DNA from: an uncultured virus (IMG/VR IMGVR_UViG_3300032323_004022)
Lineage: Duplodnaviria > Heunggongvirae > Uroviricota > Caudoviricetes
Length of the DNA: 64,000 nt
Direction: 5' to 3' (one strand)
IMG/VR virus record: IMGVR_UViG_3300032323_004022
Shown: piece after piece, positions 46,852 to 55,700 of the stretch
How positions within the stretch are numbered: the first letter of the stretch is position 1
How the letters are laid out: the number at the start of each line of letters is the position of its first letter
Position numbers and translations under genes: made by a program
Notes under the pieces: model-generated
The model's database searches: none
What the model saw: the letters and a program-made list of their open reading frames with translations, nothing else
What the model was told of the DNA's origin: nothing

Positions 46852-49371
46852 TTATTCTGTAAATTCTTCTTCTGACTCTGATTCGCCTACATAAGGAACA
46901 ACCACTGCAGTTTGTACCAGATCATTGTCATCCAAAGCAACAATTGTAGTGGCTTGAGTTGCCTTGGATTTATTGCGCAAACTATCCAAATTACAACGCA
47001 TCATCTTACCCTTGTTGGTCAGAACCAAGATGTCATCACTATCATTCAACGCAAGAGCTGAAACAATCTTTCCTGTAGTCTCACGCTTATGATGATTGAT
47101 TGTTCTTTGACCCTTTACAGAACGCCCAGCAGTAGAACGATATTCTGAAGCTGATGTCTTTTTACCCTTACCTGATTCTGTGATAACTAGAATTGAAGGA
47201 TCTGCCTCTGCATCGATAGCAAGCATAGCAGCAATATTGTCATCTGCGGAAAGAAGCATTGAACGGCTACCTTGACCATTTTTACCAATACAACGAACTA
47301 AAGTTTCATTGTATCTAACAGCCATGCCCATAGACGTTACAAGCATAACATCCTTATTTCCGTCAGTGGTCATAACAAAGTTCAAGTTATCACCTTCAGT
47401 AAGAGAAATTGCCTTCAATCCACGTTTACGCAAGCTAGTATTGTACTCACGGATTTCAGAGCGCTTAATCAAACCCTTGTTGGTAACCATAATGAAATAA
47501 CCATCAACATCCAGCGACTTAAGTGTAATTGTTGAAGAAACAGTTTCACCTTCAGTCAAATTCAGGAGATTGTTAAGGTGTGTACCCTTTGAAGTACGAG
47601 ATGCAAGAGGAATTTCGTAACCCTTCTTCTTTAACAAATTACCTTGATTTGTAAAGAACAAGAATAGGTCGTGAGTGGTTCCACTGAAGATATCAGAAGC
47701 TTCATCTTCTTCACGGCTTTTCACTCCCATTACACCCTTACCACCACGGTTCTGAGTTCTAAAGGTATCAAGAGGAACACGCTTGATATATCCATCTTTT
47801 GTGAGGGATACAATGATTTCTTCTTCTTGAATCAAATCTTCATAAGAAATTTCATCTTCAAGAGCAAGAATTTCAGAGCGTCGATCATCTCCAAACTTTT
47901 CAGCAAGTTCAAGCTGTTCTTTAGAAATAAGACCAAGCATTTTCTTTTCTGAAGCCAATTGAGCAGCCAACCATTCATTGCGCTTGGTCAGCTTGTCAAA
48001 CTCATCTTGCAAAGCACGAGTATCAAGTTTGGTAAGATTCCCAAGAGTAATTCTTAATACTGCATCAGCCTGTTCTTGTGATGTAACAAACCCTTGAGCA
48101 ATAAGTTCTCTTGCTGCCTCTTCTTTGTTGTCTGCATTACGAACAAGCTTAATAACTGCATCAATCTTGTCTGTGATTCCAAGAAGACCTTCAAGAATAT
48201 GAATACGTGAGCTATTCTTCAAGTGTTCAGCAGTAAATTTATTTGTTAGAACTTCTTTACGATGATCTACAAATGCCTTCACCAGTTGAAGAATAGATAC
48301 ATTTTCAACAACTTTCTTGCCATCCATAAGAACAGTTGAATTTACAGAGAAACTTGTTCTAAGAGATGTACGTTTAAGAAGTTGATTTAAGATAACTTGC
48401 GAACTTGCACTCTTATGAAGCCAGATACGGACATCCATACCCTTCTTGCTTGTAAGATTCTTGAGGCCAGTGATACCCTCAATTTTCTTACTCTCAACAA
48501 GGTCTTTGATCTCACGACAAAAGCTTTCAGCACTGCTACCATAAGGCAATTCACTCACCTTGATAATTTCCTGATTTCGCTCTTGAACAATATCGTAATA
48601 TCCTTCAAGCTGAACAGTGCCACGTCCATTTGTAAAATATGACCGAATGCCATCTAAGCCTAAAACTTTACAGCGAATTGGAAAGTCAGGACCAGGAACA
48701 ATTTGCAGCGCTTCTTCAGTAGAAATATCTGGGTTTTTGATATAAGCATCAACTAGTTTAGCAACTTCACGTAAATTGTGAGGTGCCATATTTGTTGCCC
48801 ATCCAACTGCAATACCACTACACCCATTAACAATCAAGTTAGGGAAGAGCGATGGAAGAACAGTTGGTTCCATCATTTCATCATTGTAGTTTGATTGATA
48901 ACGAACTACCTGGTCAGATAATTCGTTTACCATCAAATCACCAAATGAAGACAGCTTTGCCTCTGTATATCGCATTGCAGCTGGTTTATCTTCAGGAGCA
49001 GGAGAACCAAAGTTACCCTGTGGAGAGATAAGTGGATAACGCAATGACCAAGTTTGTGCCATACGAACAAGAGTAGGATAAACCACTGCTTCTCCGTGTG
49101 GGTGGTAATTTCCAGAAACATCACCACAAATCTTTGCACACTTCTTAGTTTTGCCTGATGCACGGAGTTTAAGATCATCCATTGCAACAAGAGTACGACG
49201 CTGTGATGGCTTTAGACCATCACGAGCATCTGGCAATGCACGATCTTCCATAACTGCAAAAGCATAGTTAGTAAATCGTTCATCAATAAGATCAACAAAA
49301 TTTCTCTCAAGAATTGTATCCGTCAAAAGTGATGCTTCCACATCACTCTTGACTCTAAGATTCTTTGCCAT
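46852..49371 (-). CDS. gyrA: DNA gyrase subunit A
   Basis: RALPDARDGLKP, YHPHG, AAMRYTEA (active Tyr), GyrA-box QNRGGKG and C-terminal pinwheel repeats. Confidence 0.96.
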   Translation of the reverse strand: MAKNLRVKSDVEASLLTDTILERNFVDLIDERFTNYAFAVMEDRALPDARDGLKPSQRRTLVAMDDLKLRASGKTKKCAKICGDVSGNYHPHGEAVVYPTLVRMAQTWSLRYPLISPQGNFGSPAPEDKPAAMRYTEAKLSSFGDLMVNELSDQVVRYQSNYNDEMMEPTVLPSLFPNLIVNGCSGIAVGWATNMAPHNLREVAKLVDAYIKNPDISTEEALQIVPGPDFPIRCKVLGLDGIRSYFTNGRGTVQLEGYYDIVQERNQEIIKVSELPYGSSAESFCREIKDLVESKKIEGITGLKNLTSKKGMDVRIWLHKSASSQVILNQLLKRTSLRTSFSVNSTVLMDGKKVVENVSILQLVKAFVDHRKEVLTNKFTAEHLKNSSRIHILEGLLGITDKIDAVIKLVRNADNKEEAARELIAQGFVTSQEQADAVLRITLGNLTKLDTRALQDEFDKLTKRNEWLAAQLASEKKMLGLISKEQLELAEKFGDDRRSEILALEDEISYEDLIQEEEIIVSLTKDGYIKRVPLDTFRTQNRGGKGVMGVKSREEDEASDIFSGTTHDLFLFFTNQGNLLKKKGYEIPLASRTSKGTHLNNLLNLTEGETVSSTITLKSLDVDGYFIMVTNKGLIKRSEIREYNTSLRKRGLKAISLTEGDNLNFVMTTDGNKDVMLVTSMGMAVRYNETLVRCIGKNGQGSRSMLLSADDNIAAMLAIDAEADPSILVITESGKGKKTSASEYRSTAGRSVKGQRTINHHKRETTGKIVSALALNDSDDILVLTNKGKMMRCNLDSLRNKSKATQATTIVALDDNDLVQTAVVVPYVGESESEEEFTE
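46863..46889 (-). promoter_or_regulatory. Putative phage promoter TAGG-N17-AAGAAT embedded in the 3' end of gyrA
   Basis: Exact consensus match ending 24 nt before the ATG at 46839. Confidence 0.5.
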
Positions 49372-51497
49372 TAGTTTACAACTTCCTTACTACGTTCAAA
49401 AGACTTCTTGATAATATGAGCCTTACGTGGACCTACTTCATTACCCATTAAAACACTGAGCATATTTGAAGCTTCTTCTGCATCTTCAACACCAATTTTG
49501 ATTATTTGACGTGTGCCAATTTCCATAGTTGTGTGTCCAAGTTCATCAGCATCCATTTCACCCAATCCTTTGAATCGTGTCACATCTATTTTATCACCAT
49601 ACTTGGCACGATAAGAATTAAGCTCTTCTTCAGTATGGATATAATTGTGGACATTCTTTACAGTTACACGATAAAGAGGAGGCTTTGCAAGATATAAATG
49701 ACCTTTTAAAACCAAAGGACGCATAAAGCGATAGAAGAATGTCATCAAAAGAGCAGCAATATGAGCTCCATCATCATCAGCGTCAGTCATGATGATAATC
49801 TTTCCATATCGCAAATCTTCAATCTTGAAATCATCACGAATTCCAGTACCAATAGCTGAAATGAGTGCAGAAACTTCTTCATTTGCAAGAAGTTTAGCAA
49901 GCTCATTCTTTTCTGGATTGATGATTTTTCCACGAATAGGAAGAATAGCTTGAGTGATGGGATTTCGGCCACCCTTTGAAGATCCAGCAGCAGAATCACC
50001 CTCAACCAAGAATAATTCAGAAATAGCTACATCTTCAGTATCACAGTCAGACAACTTGCCTGGTAGTGAACCTGATTTACCAAGAAAACCTTGGCGCTTG
50101 ATAGATTCAGAAGCTTTCTTTGCTGCAGCCCTGGCACGAGCAGCACGTAAGGCACGTTCAGCAATCATCTTAAGAATTGATGGATTTTTCTCAAAGTATT
50201 CAGTAAGAGCTTCAGAGAAAAGTCTATTTACAACGCCTTCAACTTCAGGAGAACCAAGTTTGCCCTTGGTTTGCCCTTCAAATTGAGGTTGTGGAAGACG
50301 AACTGAAATGATAGCAACGATACCTTCACGGATATCTTCGCCAGTCAAATTTGGTTCTTTCTCTTTGATGACACCTAAAGAACGAGAGAATTGATTTACT
50401 ACTCTTGTAATAGATGTTTTGAAGCCACTAAGGTGAGTACCACCATCAGCAGTATTGATGTTATTTGCAAAGGCATAAATTGTTTCATCATCATCTTCAG
50501 CATATTGAAATGAAACTTGAACATTTACCTTTCCTGATTTGTTTTCAAAGTAAAATGGTTTTGAAGGATATGGACTTGAACGAGTAGATGCAAGATAACT
50601 TACGTAATCAGCAATTCCACCTTCGAAGTAAAATTCTTCTTTTGTACCTGTATGCTCATTCTTATAGACAATCTTTAGACCGCCATTAAGATAAGCAGTT
50701 TCTTTCAAACGACGAATTATAATTGTCTCATCAAATTGAATATTGTCGTTTGATCTTTTGTTCCAAATCTTATAAATCACATCCAAAAGTTGTTCATTTA
50801 ATTTAGTTGATTTAAAAACTTCAAAGAATGTTACACCATTGACTGGGCCATTGATTAGTGCTTTTCGCCATTTACCAGAACATTCAGCAAACACTTCGTC
50901 AATTTCAAATTCATCGACAAGACACTCACGAAAGGCATCTTCAACAGCAAACTGACCAAAAATATTATAGTCAGGGGTGAAAGAAATTTTTGTGCCAGTA
51001 GAATTTGATGTTCCTATTTCTTTGACAGAAGAAACTGGAATACCACGCTCAAAAGATAATTGATATTTTTTCTTGTCTCGATATACTTCAACATCAAGAT
51101 TAAGTGACAAGAAGTTTACACAGGAAGCACCAACGCCGTGAAGACCACCAGATGCTTCGTATCCTGATCCATCATCACCAAACTTACCACCAGCGTGAAG
51201 TTCAGTAAGTACAATTTCAAGTGTAGAGCGCTTTTTAGGGTCTTCTTGCTTAACTGCTACAGGAATGCCACGGCCATTATCAATTACAGTAAGAGTGCGA
51301 TTGTCTTTTGAAACAATTACATCAATTTTGGAACAATGGCCAGCCATATGCTCATCGACAGAGTTGTCCAAAATTTCCCAAACAAGGTGGTGAAGTCCTT
51401 TTTTACCAGTATCACCAATATACATAGCAGGACGTGTACGTACTGCTTCCTGGCTCTCCAAAATCTGAATGGAGTTTTCGTTGTATTGATTTGCCAT
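49371..51497 (-). CDS. gyrB: DNA gyrase subunit B with a roughly 70-aa insertion in the ATPase domain
   Basis: VRTRPAMYIG, EILDNSVDE, DNGRGIP, GLHGVG, EGDSA, DADDDG and RFKGLGEM. GAAGGA SD supports ATG 51497 (track start 51530). Confidence 0.96.
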   Translation of the reverse strand: MANQYNENSIQILESQEAVRTRPAMYIGDTGKKGLHHLVWEILDNSVDEHMAGHCSKIDVIVSKDNRTLTVIDNGRGIPVAVKQEDPKKRSTLEIVLTELHAGGKFGDDGSGYEASGGLHGVGASCVNFLSLNLDVEVYRDKKKYQLSFERGIPVSSVKEIGTSNSTGTKISFTPDYNIFGQFAVEDAFRECLVDEFEIDEVFAECSGKWRKALINGPVNGVTFFEVFKSTKLNEQLLDVIYKIWNKRSNDNIQFDETIIIRRLKETAYLNGGLKIVYKNEHTGTKEEFYFEGGIADYVSYLASTRSSPYPSKPFYFENKSGKVNVQVSFQYAEDDDETIYAFANNINTADGGTHLSGFKTSITRVVNQFSRSLGVIKEKEPNLTGEDIREGIVAIISVRLPQPQFEGQTKGKLGSPEVEGVVNRLFSEALTEYFEKNPSILKMIAERALRAARARAAAKKASESIKRQGFLGKSGSLPGKLSDCDTEDVAISELFLVEGDSAAGSSKGGRNPITQAILPIRGKIINPEKNELAKLLANEEVSALISAIGTGIRDDFKIEDLRYGKIIIMTDADDDGAHIAALLMTFFYRFMRPLVLKGHLYLAKPPLYRVTVKNVHNYIHTEEELNSYRAKYGDKIDVTRFKGLGEMDADELGHTTMEIGTRQIIKIGVEDAEEASNMLSVLMGNEVGPRKAHIIKKSFERSKEVVN

Positions 51498-51530
51498 TTG
51501 CTTTCCTTCGTTTATTTCGAGTACAGGCAT

Positions 51531-51564
51531 AAAAAAATGCTGTGATTTACATTACCACAGCATT
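51531..51564 (-). terminator. Intrinsic terminator overlapping the putative gyrB promoter
   Basis: Reverse strand aatgctgtg-N11-cacagcatt plus T run; TATAAT at 51567-51562. Confidence 0.7.
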
Positions 51565-51594
51565 ATACCTAAATCAAGCAAATTTGGCTATTTC

Positions 51595-52170
51595 TTACAA
51601 TATACGATCCGCTACACTATACATACCAAATAAATCCAAATTTTGGGCTAATTTGACCATAATATCAAGTTTTCTTGATGCCATACCTGGCATTCCTCCG
51701 CCAGCTGCACCACCTGCTTGTTCTTTACTTTTGTTTTTAGCAAATCCGAAAGATAAAAATTTTACAGCATTAGCAAAATCATCAAGAGTTATTTCTAAAT
51801 CTAGTAAATTTTGACCCACAGGTAATCTTTCCCATCTGGTTTTGTCAGTATTTTTGATTTCTTCATCAGTGGCTTCTTCAGTGTCATTTCTTTTGCCACG
51901 TTTTTCTTCATCAACGTTGCCATCTTCTTCGCCACCATACTGTAGCCAAATTTTATTAGCTATATCTTGCCCACCATCTTCGAGTTGCTCCATAATTTTA
52001 AGTTCTATTCCAGCATCCGCCAAAATTAAACCCAAATTAGACAAAGGTATTTTTATTTGTTTTTGGCTACTTGCTGGTGGAGCAGCTGGCATAGCCATAG
52101 GAGCAGCTGGCATTCCCATTCCCATCATAGGATCCATAGGTGGCATTTGTGCTAATTTCAAGTATTTCAT
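51595..52170 (-). CDS. Hypothetical protein with M/P/A/G-rich ends and KLAQ / LDxxGxYxxADxI motifs
   Basis: 191 aa; MKYLKLAQ...VKLAQNLDLFGMYSVADRIL. Confidence 0.75.
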   Translation of the reverse strand: MKYLKLAQMPPMDPMMGMGMPAAPMAMPAAPPASSQKQIKIPLSNLGLILADAGIELKIMEQLEDGGQDIANKIWLQYGGEEDGNVDEEKRGKRNDTEEATDEEIKNTDKTRWERLPVGQNLLDLEITLDDFANAVKFLSFGFAKNKSKEQAGGAAGGGMPGMASRKLDIMVKLAQNLDLFGMYSVADRIL

Positions 52171-52171
52171 G

Positions 52172-52648
52172 TTATCTTATTGGAGCTGAAATAAAATCTG
52201 AACGATGTCTACCTCTTCCTGGTGTGTCGAAGGCTTCTGTAGTTTGTTGTGCATTTTCTAATTTAGTTTCAGAATCTGGTTCATCATCTTCTTCAAATGA
52301 AAATGTATCTTCAATAACATCAGGATTTAATATATCCATTTGTCCCCAACTTGGTTTAGTTGTATTTGCTACTCTTCTAATTAATTGTGAATGAGAAAGT
52401 CCTCTAGCATCAAAAATCTCATCCTCTTCACTATCAAAGGTAGATAAGGTGGACATAGCAACTAAAATTGCATCAGTCATTTGAGATTCTACAACTCTAC
52501 CCTCAGCCTTTGCAAAACGTCTTGCAGTAAATTTTTTAGAAATAGTTGCAGAAGCTAAAGCAATAATTTTTGCTTGTTCTTCGTGTGAGTGAACATCTGG
52601 TGCAATATCTTCTAAAAGTGTATGTAACTGTGACTCTAAATTTTGCAT
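52172..52648 (-). CDS. Hypothetical acidic protein (158 aa)
   Basis: ORF with a 1-nt gap to the next gene and an upstream promoter motif. Confidence 0.75.
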   Translation of the reverse strand: MQNLESQLHTLLEDIAPDVHSHEEQAKIIALASATISKKFTARRFAKAEGRVVESQMTDAILVAMSTLSTFDSEEDEIFDARGLSHSQLIRRVANTTKPSWGQMDILNPDVIEDTFSFEEDDEPDSETKLENAQQTTEAFDTPGRGRHRSDFISAPIR

Positions 52649-52681
52649 ATTTTATCTCTCTTGATAAATTGTTAATACTAT

Positions 52682-52709
52682 ATTTTTAAATAGCGGAGGG
52701 TTATACCTT
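52682..52709 (-). promoter_or_regulatory. Putative phage promoter AAGG-N18-AAAAAT
   Basis: TAAAGGTATAA is identical to the element at 5517-5527. Confidence 0.4.
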
Positions 52710-52711
52710 TA

Positions 52712-55700
52712 CTAATCTTTTGCTATAACGTATTCTACTTTGAATTTCATATTTCTTACCTGCCCATTGGAGGTAATATTATTAGTAGAAAGTACAGTAG
52801 AACTAGGTGTTTTTACAGCAATGCCAAAACTTTTACTTTTAGCTGTTTGATCTATGCCCAATTTAGCACCACCTAGAAAAACAGAATTCTCGTAGCCAGA
52901 AAGTAATGATTGCCAAGTTTCAGGTGAAGAATTATATATTTGGAAATTTGCTGTATCGATCCAATCTACATTATCAGTACCCAAAATATAAGCTGTAGTT
53001 TGGGCATTAGTTATAGTTCTTGGAGTTGGTAATTTTATTCTGAAATTCTTATCAGCATTTGTTGTTCCATAGCCAACCTGTATTGAAAGCTGTGGTAATA
53101 ATTCACTATTTGCATCTAAATCTGTAGATCTTGTCCAAACATTTGAAGATCCAATTGAAGAAACGACATAAACACCATTTGTAGTTTTGTCTGTTTGATT
53201 TTTTACTAAAATTCTGTCATATTTTTGCAATATAACATCATCAATTTTGCTTGGTGGATTAGTCAAAGAAATTTCTGAAACAGTAGCAACTTTAGCGTTA
53301 GTTAGATATGGATTTGTATTTACTTTAGCCCAAAATATATTTGTTGAATCTATAGCTGGTGTTAAACTTTCATCATACACTAGTGCATAAATTCCACTAT
53401 TTGCAGTTCCACTTAAAACGTTTACTCTTTGATTGACTGATATTTCAGAAGAACTATCTAAAGCTTCATGTCTATTTAAATAATTTGTAATTAATTCATC
53501 TATTGAATAAATTCCATTTTGAGTTTGGTTAGATTGATTTTTGACTAACAATCTATCGCCTTTTTGTGAGCTTGGTATATTCAGATTAGAATTTAATGTT
53601 AAGTTTGTCGTGCTTGCAAATGAACAGTTTGTGAAATTCGAAATCAATCCTTGTTGGAACCATTGGATCGAATCTGAACCAACTGAAGTATTAGAAGGAT
53701 TATAATATAATTCATAATTCAAATTTCTATTAGCATCATTAACGAATAAGCTAGCAATTTGAAATTCTGTTGTAGATGAACCATTACCAACTCTAATCAA
53801 GTTTGGCTGAACAGTTTTGTTAATTCTTGCGACAATATTTTCAGAGCTTGTTGATTGAGCAATGAATAAAATTTTATCATTTTGAGTTGTTGCAATTCCG
53901 TTTATATTATCTGGTAAAGCATTTAAGTTGGAGAAATTAGTATGTCCAACACCAACAACATCAATTGTATATTCTGCACCAATGCTTTTCCAAAACAATG
54001 GTGTATTTAAGGCAGAGGCACCTAAATTATAAGCAGAAGAATCTTCAGGAAGATTTAATTCATATGTTCTATTATTGAAGACTACTCTACCTAATTCATA
54101 CAATTCATTTGTAGCATTGAGATCTGTTGCTCTTGTTAATACAAATTTGTTATTTAAAACAGCAGTATATATTCCGTTGATGGTGCTATCTGTTTGAGAT
54201 TTTATCAAAATAGTGTCGCCAGCTGAGATAGTATAACCATCCAACATAGCAGTACTTCCAGTTCCATAAGGAGCTGACATAGGGCCTATAACAGGTATAT
54301 AAGTTATATCACCAAAATCAGGAATATTACCAGTATTTCCAGCTGCTGCAGAAAAAGTGGTTCTTGTGCTTACATCAATCCAAGATCTTGATGACGTGCT
54401 AATATTAGTGCTGGCTGGATCAAAATACAAACTAAAAGTTCCAAAGCCAGCTGAATTTGATAGCCTTACAGTGGTTGGATACAAAGAAGATCCAAATGCT
54501 GAACTATAGTTCAAGGTTACTTCTTGTATTTCAGATCTTTTGAAAGTATATAATTTTTGATCTCTTTTTCCAGATTTATTATGTGTGACCAATCTGTTAA
54601 TATCATCATAATAAGAAGTGGTAAATGAAGAATCTATAGTAGTGTCAGAATAATCTGAACTTGTTTTATTTTTCAAAACAAGAACGTTTATGTCAAAGGA
54701 TAAGCCTAACCCAGAATACCAAGAAGTTAAGGCAAATCCTGATGGTTGATAAGCTTTATCTAGATAGACATCTCCAGAAAATAGACCTATAGTATTTAGG
54801 GATACTGGGTCTACAAAACTTCCACTAAATGTAGAACTATTTGCAACTCCAGTTTGAACATAAAAACCATCTTGTGAAAGTCTACTAGTAAAGAAATAAT
54901 CTGTAGTAGAATCATTTTCAACAATAACATTAGCGTTTGAAGAATAATTCTTGCTTGAATCAAAAGCTGACAACCAAGAACTTCTGTCCCTGTTGTATTT
55001 TATTTCAGTAGTAGTTGCTGTTCCAATGATGTTTACGATTTGGAAATTTTCAGTATCTACAGTCCAAGTTGAAGACAATTTAGCATCTGGGGATAAAATA
55101 AACGCTTTATCCTTGAGTACTTGAGGAATATAATGATATCTATTAAGTGTTTGCTTTGGCTCTTGATTATATTTTGGAACATTAGAATCTTTGTATAGAT
55201 AGGCATAAAGAGTTCCAGTCCAACCAGATCCCGAAATATTCAAACTACCAGAAGATGCATCAACAGTGTAATCCGTACTGTATGTTTTATTTATTACAGT
55301 TCCGCCAGTAGAAACTACATAAACATCCAGCAAAGAATCAGCATAATTGGAAGTAGACCAAGTGAAAACAGAAGTTGATGATTCTGGTCTTGCTAAATAA
55401 ATTGTATTTCCAGCTGATGAAGAATGGCTTACTAATCTTTTAGCATAATCTAAATGACCATTTACAGAATTGTATTTTACTTTTCTTAAATAATAATTGT
55501 AGTTAGTGTCAATGTAAACAATTTGATATATTCCACTTGTTGATTTTCTTACAGTTGAATTGTAAACATCTTCATTTGATGAATAATAGAAAACTCTATC
55601 ATTTATCTCGTACGGATATTGAACAGCATCTCCCGATCTGTTGCTAAATAACTGAACACCATTTCTTCTAACAGTTAATATATCTTGATTTATTGTATCT

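Noticed and set aside
50736..50957. GyrB insertion (and the helicase insertion) as inteins or introns
   Set aside because: No C/S start with HN-C/S/T end, no homing-endonuclease motifs, and the reading frames are uninterrupted.
34314..51497. Cellular (e.g. CPR or archaeal) chromosome, suggested by gyrAB, dnaK, dnaJ and lepB
   Set aside because: These genes are interleaved with hub, tube and fibre-like genes, a UvsW-like helicase and a Mu-F-like gene, and lack normal context (no grpE/hrcA, dnaA/dnaN/recF or ribosomal genes). No capsid or terminase gene is in the window, so phage origin remains an inference.
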